Source: Amoebidium appalachense
Lineage: Eukaryota; Protista; Ichthyosporea
Direction of reading: 5' to 3'
Assembly (NCBI GenBank): GCA_963693365.1
Contig: CAVNZM010000002.1
Span: forward strand, 4,728,259-4,792,258
DNA length: 64,000 nt
Shown here one piece after another: positions 1 to 12,842 of the stretch. The position numbers and the translations under genes are program-made. The notes beneath the pieces are model-generated. The model did not search any database, was not told the origin of the DNA, and was given only the letters and a program-made list of their open reading frames with translations. How positions within the stretch are numbered: the first letter of the stretch is position 1; every line of letters starts with the position of its first letter.

Positions 1-100
1 TCATCAATATGTACTTCGTACTCTGAGGCCATTGGCCCCTCCAAGTCCTCAAGGCTTCCCGGCCCTCCCCCCCCTCCCCCCCCCCCCCCTCCCCACCCTC

Positions 101-173
<73 letters not shown>

Positions 174-335
174 TCTGTCTGTCTGTAAGGGGGGGATGGG
201 GGCTTGACTTATCAATGCATCCCTCCCCCCTCCCCTCCCCCAGCCTCTCTCCCCCCAGTTGCATTGGTTTTTTCTGATTTTAACTCTAATGCATACATCA
301 ACCTCCCCTCATCCCTTTCATCTGGCCTAATTTTG

Positions 336-374
<39 letters not shown>

Positions 375-410
375 TGCCCACTCCTTGACACACCCCCCCC
401 CCCCCCCCGC

Positions 411-509
<99 letters not shown>

Positions 510-979
510 AAAAGACATTCCGCCCCCTCCCACTGCTCCTCCTCCTCCTCCCTCTTCTTTTTTGAGCTATTCACCGTACATCCACTTACTAGAAACACTC
601 CCCTCTCGTGCTTAAAGTGGTTATAGCATGCGATTGAATTGTTCTATTGGCTTATGGATCATGCTGTCTCCCATGTGATTGTACTGTACCCCCGTGCTTT
701 TGCAACATTTGCCCAGGTGCAAACATTCGAAAACTTTTCCAACACGGACTGGGTGTCTTGGCCCTATTCCTCCTCCCCTCCCCCTTTTCTCTTCCAACTC
801 CAACTGTCCATCTATGTGTCGTTTCTTTTTTTCCTGGGCTCATAGTCGACCTCTTGTGCATGGCCCAAACCCACTGACATACCCCTGTGCACACACACAA
901 CACACACACACACACACACACGTACACACACACACACACACACACACACGTACACACACACACACACACACACACACAG

Positions 980-1148
980 GGCCATGTGGAACCTGTTCCG
1001 TGTGGAGTACGAGTACGTCAAGACGCACAGCTTGAGTGCCATTCTCAAGCAGCACACGCCACTCAACACCCCCGGTAGCACCCCGATGCTTACCCTCAGC
1101 TCCAAGCCAATCGCCTCGCTGCTTGTAGAGCGCACCCACGCATCATAG
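980..1148 (+). CDS. Terminal exon of an EXS-domain (ERD1/XPR1/SYG1 family) membrane protein; upstream exons not identified in the window
   Basis: (CA)n-CAG acceptor ends at 979. The exon reads (R)AMWNLFRVEYEYVKTHSLSAILKQHTPLNTPGSTPMLTLSSKPIASLLVERTHAS* (TAG 1146-1148). RxxWNxFRxExE is the C-terminal EXS motif. Not in the ORF track. Confidence 0.75.
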
Positions 1149-1345
1149 CAGCCCCACTCTCCCTGTAAGGCTTACTTGCGGCTTTATTTTAGGTTATGTT
1201 TGGTTTACATGCCCCCCCCCCCCCCCCCCCCCCCCCCCAACACACACACACACACACACACACACGGGAGAAAAAAAAAAGGAAATGGAAAAGAAATGAA
1301 GAGTGTATGGGTTTGTGCGTGGGTAGGGGTTTTTTTTTTTTTTTT

Positions 1346-1384
<39 letters not shown>

Positions 1385-1617
1385 ATCAGAGAAGAAGAGT
1401 ATTAGATCTCCACGAACGCACCCATCCCCCTTGGCCCCACGTCATTACCCCTCACCCAACACATTGTCCTTTCTCACACCCGGTCATTTGCACTGTCCAT
1501 TCCCCTTTCCCACACCGTCACAAGGCCCACTCTGCCAGTCAGGCAACCTATCTTCTAGTGCTATTTTAGCAACACCGACTGCTAGCAAACTTATTCTCTA
1601 CAGCTTGAGCCACTTAT

Positions 1618-1981
1618 TGAGTCGCTTCGCGTGAATCCAAGTATCTAAATACTCGGCGAATTTAGAAAACCAATGTCGTTCTCTAAAAGTCTGCTCGATT
1701 CGTGTAGAGCAGTTTAGAAACTGACTTATCTAGATCGTAGATCGCAATTCTATTGTATAAGAGATATTTAAGCAGGTTCCAAGGACCAATCGTCTCATCC
1801 CAGACATCTAGAAGACCCCCCCTCCCCCTCTTCCAGATGCGCCCATCTGGAAGAGGGTCGAAATATATCTAGATTTTATGCAAACTTTAAAAATTTAACT
1901 GATCGATCGGGTTGCGGAAGTTTTATACGTAAATTTAACAGTCTAGATATTTAGATATTTAGATTCACGCGAAGCGACTCA
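1618..1981. mobile_element. MITE-like non-autonomous DNA transposon, 364 bp
   Basis: Terminal inverted repeats TGAGTCGCTTCGCGTGAATC (20 bp perfect, extending to ~34 bp with 2 mismatches). Flanked by direct repeat TTAT (1614-1617, 1982-1985). Internal hairpin CCCTCTTCCAGATG-cgcc-CATCTGGAAGAGGG. No ORF. Confidence 0.8.
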
Positions 1982-2028
1982 TTATCTCTGCCGGCACCAC
2001 GTGTGTGTGTGTGTGTGTGTGTGTGCGA

Positions 2029-2062
<34 letters not shown>

Positions 2063-2699
2063 ATGCGTGCGTGCGTGTGTGCGTGTGTGTGTGATGTGAC
2101 CACCTATTTTCTATTGCTTGCTGCTAGCCTCGACTGCAAGTGCCCATGGCGTGGTATTTTGTTTGAATGCATTTGTTTCACCGGCGTCAGACGTCATACT
2201 GACACAGGCCACCATCACCCACAGAGCGAGAATCGTTTTCGATGAGTCTAAAGAGGTAGCAATGGATGGACTGGACCCCCTTTTTTCCCTACCTGCCTGC
2301 AAGGAGGAGGCACCCCTGTTGGGGAATGTAAATATCACGTTTTTGATTATACGACTGTTTGTAAGCTGATATATTGGTTTGGCATTTGTGATCGAATGCA
2401 GTGCTAACAATGTTTTTATAACACTCGTGCTGTGCGCGAGGTTGCGAAAATACAGTTTTGAAATACTGGAAGTTTTGCTGCTAACCTGTGCATGTGAGCA
2501 CCGGATTTAACACACACGTACACCAACTGCATCTGGTTTAAATTTGAAGTACGTGTGCGTTCATGTGTGGGTATGACAGTGTTTCTTCAAGGTTTGGTTG
2601 TGGTGGTAACGTGACTTATGCGTGAGTGGGTGGACGGTTGTGTGTGTGCGAGGATATACGCCCGTACACAACTGCATAACAACGTGCCAACACTGATCA

Positions 2700-2739
<40 letters not shown>

Positions 2740-2832
2740 AAAAAAAAAAAAAAAAAACCAACGTAATCAAACCCAACCCTCAGGCGTCCGCCTTCCCCCG
2801 GGACCATGTACCACCACGTGCACCACCACTAT

Positions 2833-2865
<33 letters not shown>

Positions 2866-3013
2866 AGCGGTGGGGGGGGGCGAGCACACGCACCGTGTGC
2901 ACACACACGCAAACTCACACCGGCACACACCGTCATGTACCGTCACAGAGTGCCACACCGTGGCACACACACGCGTACACACCGACGGTGACGCATGCTG
3001 CAGCACACACTGA

Positions 3014-3058
<45 letters not shown>

Positions 3059-3494
3059 CACACACACACACACACAATAAAAAAAATTAAAAAAAATAAA
3101 AATTAAAAAAATAAAAGAAAAGGAAAAAAAACAAAAAAAAAAACCGCCGTAAAGAAAAAGAAAACGTTAGGGCAAATCGGAATACGTCGGAGATGGGCCC
3201 TAGAATCTCCAAATCTCAGGTACGAGCAGATCCGTACGTACATCTCTTCATCACATGTGATGACATTGACGGCGATCACAGACCACCAATCATAGACTAG
3301 AGATTCGGGGTGCAAATTCAAAACTATTTTCTGGCTAGTTTCGGACATTTTGGCAATAATCCCGATAAGTTTCCACATCCTGGGGCCGAGTACCCCTTTT
3401 CTGTGTTTTTAGATCGTAAATATGAAGCTTTCTTTACGCAATGCAAACCCGGCAAAAGGGAAGGCTGCAATCCCAATCGTCATCACACGCCGAC

Positions 3495-3500
3495 TATAAA
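3495..3500 (+). promoter_or_regulatory. Candidate TATA box of the Cys-rich secreted protein gene
   Basis: TATAAA about 115 bp upstream of ATG 3612; AATAAA at 4189-4194 downstream of the stop. Confidence 0.45.
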
Positions 3501-3611
3501 ATGCTGGCGAATAGCCACCGATCATCAGTCTGCTTCAGTCCAGCCAGCTTGCAACGGATCCAAAACTTGAAGAAACAAACACCCAAACGCACTTCTCTTT
3601 CACACGTCAAA

Positions 3612-4106
3612 ATGCAGCTCACCGCCGCCATCCTCTCACTCGCCGTTGTTTGCAGCGCCACGGCCAAGTCGTTCGGCAACATCGAGCACTGCTACCAGCT
3701 GTGCGGGGTCATGGAGGACCAGGGCCAGTTCGACGACTACGAGGCCAGCAAGTGCCCCCAGTGGTGCCGCGATGAGCCCTTGGCCCAGTGCGTCAAGCTG
3801 GCCGACCTCACAAAGACCGCGCCAGCACAGTGCTACGGCGCACCCACAGGCCATGACTCTGGCTCAAACTCGCAGCCGCGGCCGGCGGCACCAGCACCCT
3901 CGCACCGCGGCGCCGGTGGTGCCGGGAGCGGGCCAGGCAGCACCCTGCTGCGGCACTGCTACGTTCTGTGTGGGGTCATGGAGGACCAGGAGCAGTTCAA
4001 CGACTACGAGAGCAAAATGTGCCCCAAGTGGTGCCGTGACGCACCCAAGGCTCAGTGCAAGAAGCTGGCTCGCCTCACCAATACGCCTGCGGCAAAATGC
4101 AAGTGA
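3612..4106 (+). CDS. Intronless secreted protein (164 aa): signal peptide plus two tandem 6-Cys modules joined by a Gly/Pro/Ser/Ala linker
   Basis: AAAATG context at 3612. MQLTAAILSLAVVCSATA is a signal-peptide-like sequence. The repeats HCYQLCGVMEDQGQFDDYEASKCPQWCRDEPLAQCVKLADLTKTAPAQC and HCYVLCGVMEDQEQFNDYESKMCPKWCRDAPKAQCKKLARLTNTPAAKC align. Strong GC3 codon bias. Confidence 0.85.
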   Translation: MQLTAAILSLAVVCSATAKSFGNIEHCYQLCGVMEDQGQFDDYEASKCPQWCRDEPLAQCVKLADLTKTAPAQCYGAPTGHDSGSNSQPRPAAPAPSHRGAGGAGSGPGSTLLRHCYVLCGVMEDQEQFNDYESKMCPKWCRDAPKAQCKKLARLTNTPAAKCK

Positions 4107-4573
4107 AAACTTTCATAACGTACCATTATTGGAGGTCAGGCCCGTCTATCACACCGTATTTCCTTAATTGTGTGCGTAGTATTGCAAAAATAAACTGTAC
4201 CACCGCAGGAGCTAAAATTATCATAGCATATTTCGTCACGTAGTTTCAATTCTGAATACACAGACCATGCAATCGTGAATAAAAATTGTCTCCCTCAATG
4301 TTGAGTGCAGTTCAAATTTGAATAACCGGGTACCCGGGGTACATTCGCACACGTGCACTTATGCATTTTTGATTCAAGTTCCTTTTGTACAAGGCGAAAA
4401 AACTAGAAAACCAAAATAAATGATTTGAGCCCACAGCGGAATGGTTGTGTTAATTGCCGATGTCCTTTCAGTCAAAAAAAAACGGCCGACTATGCTATGT
4501 ATCTTCGTTCTCTCACCAGCTTAGGCTTTTTTGATTTTGAAACGGGGCCCCGGGGGCAGTACTTGAAGTTTGT

Positions 4574-4637
<64 letters not shown>

Positions 4638-5414
4638 CACCCTTCCAACGGGGGGGGGGGGGGGGGGGGGCACCACCCCTCCCTTGGCTTGGGGGGGGGG
4701 GGGGGGGCATACCCCCTCCGTTGGCTGGGGGAGGGGGAAAGAGAGGGGACCCACCACCATCCAGGGGGGGAGTGGGGGGGGGGAGCTACATAAAATTTTG
4801 ATAACTAATATATACATTAGTATATATATTGGATACCAATTTGAGAACATGATGGCATCGATATTGCAGCCTTCTCTACATCCCGGATTGGTATCAATTA
4901 TCAGGCCCTGGGTCAATGACCTGCTTATTTACTAGCTAGGCATCCCCCTCCCCCCAACCTCCTCCCCCCCCCCCCCCCCCCTCCCCCCCATCCCCCGGAA
5001 CGACCGCGGGCCCGTGGGGGCCTCCCCCCTCTACGCCCCCTTATCACTTAGCATCTCCACTAAGGGGAGACCGCAATGACTGGTTGCTCATAACCACTGA
5101 TTTTCTCGACGATATACAAAAAAGCACCCTTGCACATGCAGTCTGAAACACACACACACACACATACGCACACACGCACACACACACACGCTCTTTAAAA
5201 CGCTCACAGACTGCCGTAGGGTAATATGCTAATCTCTGCGGTGGCATGCTGATGTAATGATGCTCTCACACACGTGGCACACCGTCTGAATCCCTCTTTC
5301 CCTCTTTAACTGCTTCTGTTAATATTCCCCCCCTCCCCTCCCCACCACCACCACCACCACCATCACACAACCACCATCGCCGACGCTTGGCATCCTCTTT
5401 TTCGCTCTCTGTCT

Positions 5415-5451
<37 letters not shown>

Positions 5452-6090
5452 CCCGCCCGCCCGCCCGGTTGTTTATCTAACACAACTTCGTCCATGCATG
5501 CATCATGCGCCATCATGCATGCTCATCATTAACCACAGAAACACACACACATATCATAGCAATTCAAACACACATGCCACGGAAGGCACATGTGCTCGCG
5601 CTCGTGCAAATTTGTGCCAGAGAATTTAAGAAGACTCTCAACCACTGACACGCACCGTGACAAATGCACCAGAACACACACACAGACAAACGCGCACGTA
5701 CCTGAGTCTCAGAGACACACATGCACAGTGACCGTCCACACGTGTGCACACACCAAACTCTCTGGCACACATGTGAAATGCCATGTAATTCCGCACATGC
5801 TAGGCGCATTGCGTCCACGCAGCTTGCACATGTGGCACGGCGCCGTACAACTAGTACTCACACACTGTCAGGCCACAGTGATTAGCCTATGATCGCCGAA
5901 TGCCCACCCACTTTAAGGACACATACACACTCTCACGTCTACACTGCACAAAAACTGCAGACACACACTCCCAGTGACATGTTGTGCATGATAGATTTGC
6001 TCTAACTTAGCCAAAATTCGAAGCGCTGGTTAAAACGAAGGGAAGAAGACTTAGTACCGTCATACTATTTGGTGATGGTGGATGCTGGAA

Positions 6091-6121
<31 letters not shown>

Positions 6122-6247
6122 GGGAGGGAGGTAAGTCCGTACGACGGAGGCCCCTAGGTATAGGGAGATCGCTCACATAGCCGCTAAAAAAACAGTATAT
6201 GATTATTAATCACCAAAAAAAAAACATAAACCCATTAACCATAACCC

Positions 6248-6542
6248 TATGTGTGTCTGGGCCCTAAATGGGGGGGCTGCCGCCCCCCCAACCCCCCGCT
6301 AGAGGGCCATAGGGCCCTTGCATGTCACTCGGGGATCGAACCGTTCCCACCTGATTTTACGTCATCGGATCGTGTTTTGTCCAATCGGATGTGAGAGAGG
6401 GTTCATCGTACGGAATAATGTGAGGGGGAGGGGGAGAGGGGGCGAGGGGGGGAGGCGCCTCCCCGAAACATTGAGAGGGTGAGCAACCGGTACCGCGGCC
6501 GGCGCGGAGGGTCCCGTCGGACTCCCCGCGCGCTGCGCGGGG

Positions 6543-6580
<38 letters not shown>

Positions 6581-6613
6581 CACTCCACCAAAGAAGTGGG
6601 TCCCCCCTTTTCC

Positions 6614-6644
<31 letters not shown>

Positions 6645-7270
6645 AAGAGGACCCACCACCTCAATGGTCAGCTTAGGGAGTGTGGGGGGAGGGGGGGGAG
6701 GGGGGACCTACCAGGCTACCACTCCCTCGAGCAGGTGGGGGGGAGGGGGAAGGGGGGGGGGGGGGGGGGGGGGGGAGGAGAAAGAGGGCTGAGGGCTGCA
6801 CCGCCAGGGGGGACCTCAATACTTACTACTGCCCACCGCCCCATTTCAAATTCAAAAAAGCCTTACTTGAATTTATTCGTGTTATTATATCATTTAGGCC
6901 GTAATGTGCAAATGGCTTTAGCTTGGCCTTGTGATCGTTTCCTAATGAATACATATAGCCTATCCACTAAGTGTACTCGTTGTTCTGGTAATTTTAATAG
7001 GGGTTGTGTCGTTGGATGTGGTTGGCTCATGGGATTACTTCCCCCAGAGACCTTAGCAAAAGTTTTCGTAGCTCAGTGTAGATGCACTGCCGGCAGACCC
7101 CCCACTTGGGGGGTTCTCTGTAATAGATTTTCTCCTAATTCGGCGAAGTTTGATTTGGTAAATTTAGCTTTGTCTTGGAAGTCAAGTGAGTCAGGCGTGT
7201 ATGATTATCCTGTAAATCCGGTGTATATCTAGCTTGGGGCGCCTGCGGCACCCCTCGTCTACTACACATA
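6248..7270. mobile_element. Putative non-autonomous element with GC hairpins near both ends; related inverted segment at ~4480-5040
   Basis: Direct repeat CATAACCC at 6240-6247 and 7267-7274; short TATGTGT/ACACATA inverted ends. Subterminal hairpins GGGGGGGCTGCCGCCCCCCC (~6270) and GGGGCGCCTGCGGCACCCC (~7236). 6826-6865 matches the reverse complement of ~4518-4561. Confidence 0.35.
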
Positions 7271-7752
7271 ACCCACACACTTGGGCTCATGACCCACACC
7301 CCCTGCCATGCCGTTTCATTCATCTCCCGACCTCCCAATTTTCAGGTGTAGGGTAGCTTCCCCCCCCTCCCCCCTCCCCGAATCTCTCTTCAACCCCCCC
7401 CCCCCCCTCCCCGGCGTGTGTGGCCGTGCTGGAAAGTACAGTAAGCCACACATGCGCACACGAGGGGCTGTGCTCCCACCGTTTCCCAAAAAGATAGACC
7501 GTATAGACCATAGTAATAGTGTGCAGCGAAACAATGGTGAATCCATATCTCAAGTATGATATAGTTTTAACCAAGTGTGCGTGATGCATGACAACAGTAT
7601 GTATTCGGGGTACGTTCTGAGGCCAGCGGTGGTGGTAAGGGGGAGGGGAGTTGGGGTGGGTGGGTGGGGGGGGGGAACGTATCGTAGAGTGCAGGGGAAA
7701 AAAAACTTTCGTAGTTTGCATCTTTAAAACCTATTAGCGACTGTACGTCTTT

Positions 7753-7791
<39 letters not shown>

Positions 7792-8335
7792 GCTGGCGTA
7801 GTGCTGGCGACTTTGCAAGTGCATTAAATCATCAAATGACGCTTTATGAGGCCACACACAGGCATGTGTTTGAACCACACACGGCGGTGGTATGATCATT
7901 TACTTTGCAACTTCTGCCAGTCTATCCTTTCACTGGTTGTCAGCATGGTGTTTACATATGGTACCTACATTTCGATATACCAGCAATCTGATACATCAAC
8001 ATACATCTATCTTATTGTTAGACTGCTTCTACTCCTTTAAAAGTCCTCCCCACATATCCTCGGCATGCTATGTAGCCAAAAGAAAAATACCAACACGAAA
8101 AAATTGAAAGGGGAAGACAAAAAATATGTATCGATCTAGGGACTGAACCCATGGGAAAAGGCCTAGTGAAAATACTCATCACCAACAATAACCCTGCATT
8201 CAAGCTTCTTATGTCTCTGTGTGGTTGCAATTAGAATGACATACACATTTTTTCTCTGGCCTCTACGTATAAACAAACACTTGATATTGCTGCTTCTCTT
8301 TCCTTTTTTGGGTACCACTCTTGCCATATATGGAC

Positions 8336-8759
8336 CTATGCGGCAGCCGCCTGCTTGGCGGCCTTCTCTTTCTCCTGGTCACGAAGCACACGGCGAAGAA
8401 TCTTGCCGGAGAGTGTCTTGGGGATGGCTGTGTGTGTGGTGTGTGTGAGTGACAGTGAGTGAGTTGAGTGTGTGTGTGTGTCCAGGTGTCGTGGATGTAC
8501 ATCGGTAGCGGTGTGTGAATGGTGATTACACGTGTTGATAATGTTAGAAAAGATGAATGCCTGTGATTACAACAAAACACGCCGAGGCACAGCGAACACA
8601 GCAAACGGGGGGGGGGGGGGGGGGGGGGGGGGGGGATGTGTTATCTCACATGGGTTTGTATCATCACTAGACCCATCTTCGGTCATCCCCTGATGTGCAT
8701 ACACCGGAACCGAACATTGGGGTGGGGAAGGAAGAGGGAGGGAAGAGGGGGGAGGGGGG

Positions 8760-8800
<41 letters not shown>

Positions 8801-8886
8801 GCATACCATCGATGAACTCAATCTCAGCCAGGTGCTTGTAGTGGGATACGTGCTTGTTGGCCCACACACGGACCTCCTCGGCAGAA

Positions 8887-8923
<37 letters not shown>

Positions 8924-9284
8924 TGTGTGTGCGGGCATCAGTACTATGCATCGTGCTAAATATAGGCTAGGCATACATGCTATCATCCATCCACCAGCTT
9001 CATGAATGAACACAAGGTTATACCCAACATTACACAATGTCTCGTGGAAAGTAGGAAAGACTACATGCTTGATGACGTTTTAAAAACACCTCACAGCTTA
9101 GAAGATGCGATACAATGATAACCGTGATGTTTCCCAGGTTTACGTGTGTAGCAAAGAAGGAAGAAGGGAGGGGGAGGGGGAAGAGTTCTTGGAGACGTTT
9201 CGAAGCTTAAAGCATGCAATACAGCATGACGTTTGTCCCACTGGAATGTCTTCCAATTTTGTGTATGTGTATGTGTTGGGGGAA

Positions 9285-9321
<37 letters not shown>

Positions 9322-10075
9322 CTTGTTGATTCGCGTACAGTGGAATTTGGCTTCTTGACGACAAATGCCTTGGGCAGCTCACCGGCGCGCTCATCTGGTT
9401 TTTGCACAACACACACGTCGGCAACCTATATGCATTTTGGGGGGGGGGGGTAAAGAATTTGTTAGAGACTACGTAGTACACATACATGGCGACAACACAA
9501 TGCATACTGCAAAGCATACGTAAGAGCATTCATAAGAGCCTTCATCATAAGGAGAGCCCAAACTCAGGGAGGCCAAAGTCATCCAGAGTACTTCGAGTAT
9601 TGACCCAGGAGGGGGTTTTGCTGAGTGAAAACACTGGGAAAGTAAACTATGGGGGACCAAAAACAACACGATATGAAATACCGTCCTACTGTAGACATGA
9701 GATATTAGACTGTAACTGCCAATGGTCCTGCACAATTAAAATTTAACGTACGTTATCGTTGCTCAGCAGCAGGGCCTCGAGCTCAGCCGGGGCCACTTGG
9801 TGGCCCTTGACCTTGATCAGTTCCTTGACACGGTCCTCGATAAACAGGTGTCCTGATTGGTGCGTTGAAATGTTTAGTTCATCAACTAATGTTGCAGGTG
9901 TCTTGACTGGTGCATTAAAACCCTAAAGATGGCCGAATACAGATATTTAGCCACAGATTGAATTGCAATAGATAATGCACTGTCTAGAAAGACCCCCCCC
10001 CCCCCCCCCCCCCCCCCCAACCACCACCACCACCAAATAAAAAAAACCCCTCCCGTATCTCTCTCTCTCCTGCCC

Positions 10076-10111
<36 letters not shown>

Positions 10112-11268
10112 CAACAACCCTACACGAGGCACGGATATCCAACAACAGGGCACGCCATGCCTTCTGCATCCCCCCCCCCCCCCCCCCCCCACACACACAC
10201 ACAAACACCACCACCACCACCGCAAATCCCACACACACCTTTCCCGCATGTTCACTTCTCTAACCAACCCAAAACTAGAAAAGAACGTCACACACAACAT
10301 CCATTCCCGAAACCTTAGTCAGCCCCCCCCCCCCCCCCCCCAAAAAAAAAAAACAAAAAACAACAACAACAACAACAACATACGTATACAAACACACCTG
10401 CCCACAAGTCCCCCCCCCCCCCCCCCCCCCCCCCCAAAAAAAAAGAAAAGAAAAAAAGAAAAGAAAAAACACACCCATCTCCCCCCCCCCCCCCCCCCCC
10501 CCCCCCACACACACACACATACCGCTCTCTCTCATGTGGCCAATATCCCCCGTATGCAGCCAGCCATCCCTGTCGATTGTCTCCTTTGTGGCCTTCTCGT
10601 TCTTCCAGTAGCCCTTCATCACCTGAGGCCCCTTGACGCAGATCTCACCGCTCTCCCCTGGCCCAAGCTCCTTGCCCGTGGCAAGATCCACAACCTGATT
10701 GGTTCAATGTCATATCATTAGGGGGAGGGGGGAGTAAAGGGGGGGGGGGGGGGGGGGGGTTGGTTGATGTTGGAATGGGTTACAGAGAACAACTTGCTTT
10801 ACATTCAAAAAAGAAAAACATAACACAGACTTTTTTAAACCCGAACCAAGTGTCCATGCATCATAAGCAGAGCCCATCCCCGGACGGGGCCCGTGTTATC
10901 TACAATTTGTGCATATCGACCCATTGATCTCATTGGTGGAAGCCAAAATCAGATAAACTCTACTTGAAGAAAGGTTTGTCCCCCGTCTTAATCAGAAACG
11001 GGCTTCGAATGTGTTACAATAAAGTGCAAATGCACTGCCAAAAACACACATGAAATTTTGCAGAACAGAGCACAGCCAAAAAATTGCACCATAAAACTGG
11101 GGGGGGGGGGGGGGGGGGGGGGGGGGGAGGGGGGGGGGAGGGGGGGGGGGGGGGGGGGGGGGGGGGAGAAAGGGAGGGGCACCTTTCCGAGGGTGTTGGG
11201 AACAAGAACACCGCCACTGCCCTCCATCATCTTGCTGCGAGCAAGATAGTCGTAGTGGGTGAAGGGGG

Positions 11269-11306
<38 letters not shown>

Positions 11307-11945
11307 AGCGCGCACGCGCACGCGCATGTGTGTGTGTGTGTGTGCCCGCGTGTGCGCTGCGCGTGTGTGCATGCATGCGCACAAGCGAGTGTTGTGTGAT
11401 TGGTCGGAGATGGTTCAACCGTCAGTTAGGTTATCGATAGAATGCACGTGCATGATACAACTACGAAGATATATCCTCATATGTATGCATACACGTTCAC
11501 GCCCACCTACCTATCACACACACACACGCACACACAACCCCCCCCCCCCCCAACACACACACAGAATCTTCCCCGAAGCACAAGAAGTCACACAAACATA
11601 CGACCACACATGTGCACAACCACACCAATCCTGCACCAACATGCCACACACCACCAACACAACCACACAGTTCTCCACGCACGCGCACATCCACATACCA
11701 GCTCGGTCATGCCATAGCCCTGCCTGATGACCTCCAACTTGGGCAGGCGTGCATAGAGCTGGTCCGTGACCTCCTTCGAGAGGGGGGCAGCAGCAGACAC
11801 CATCTCCCTGACACTGCTAAGGTCATAGTTGTCCACTATGGGGGACTTGGCTAAGAACACGGCTACAGGCGGCACGATGGGAAGGATGTCCAGCTGGATA
11901 AAGGGTAGGGTGTGTGTGTGTGTGTGCGCACGCGCGCTCGTGTGT

Positions 11946-11976
<31 letters not shown>

Positions 11977-12063
11977 GGGGGGGGTTTGGTTGGTTGGTTG
12001 GTTAGGTTTGTGTTACAGGCTACAACGTATACCTTCAGAACGGACAAAGCGATGCAGATTAGG

Positions 12064-12124
<61 letters not shown>

Positions 12125-12318
12125 TATGGGTGGAGAGGAGGGGAAGGGGAGGTGGGGGAGGGGAAACCATGCACGAGAGGTCGAGAAGTGGATGTTCGTT
12201 CTTCTGTTCGTTTTGACCTCTCGTGCATGATTATTGATGCATTCACTGCCTTGCCTCAACAGCATCATGTGAATCTATTCGTCTTGGCCAAAAACAACTT
12301 AGGTTGTCCAGATGGAAA

Positions 12319-12366
<48 letters not shown>

Positions 12367-12427
12367 ACAGCAAGTGTGTGAAAAAGAGGGATGTGAAGGG
12401 GTGGGGTGGGTGGGTGGGTAGGTGGGT

Positions 12428-12458
<31 letters not shown>

Positions 12459-12556
12459 GAGAGGAAAGCAATATAGACAGACAGACAGACGGACAGACAG
12501 ACAGACAGAGAGAAAGAGAGAGAGAGAGAAGGAGAGAGAGAGAGAGAGAGAGAGCG

Positions 12557-12627
<71 letters not shown>

Positions 12628-12801
12628 ATGAGGAGTGTGGGGTTTTGTACCTTATCGCGCTGCACGGTGGCGCAGAACTCATTGGGATCAAACTTCTGAA
12701 GGCACCTACAGGGGGGGGGGGGGGGGGGGGGGGGAAAGAAGGGTTGGAACCCACAAAACACACACACGGTGTGCATTACATCAAAGGAAGAAAGGGTTGC
12801 G

Positions 12802-12842
<41 letters not shown>

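Noticed and set aside
2118-2369. 83-aa ORF downstream of the MITE
   Set aside because: No ATG start, family motif or linked exons.
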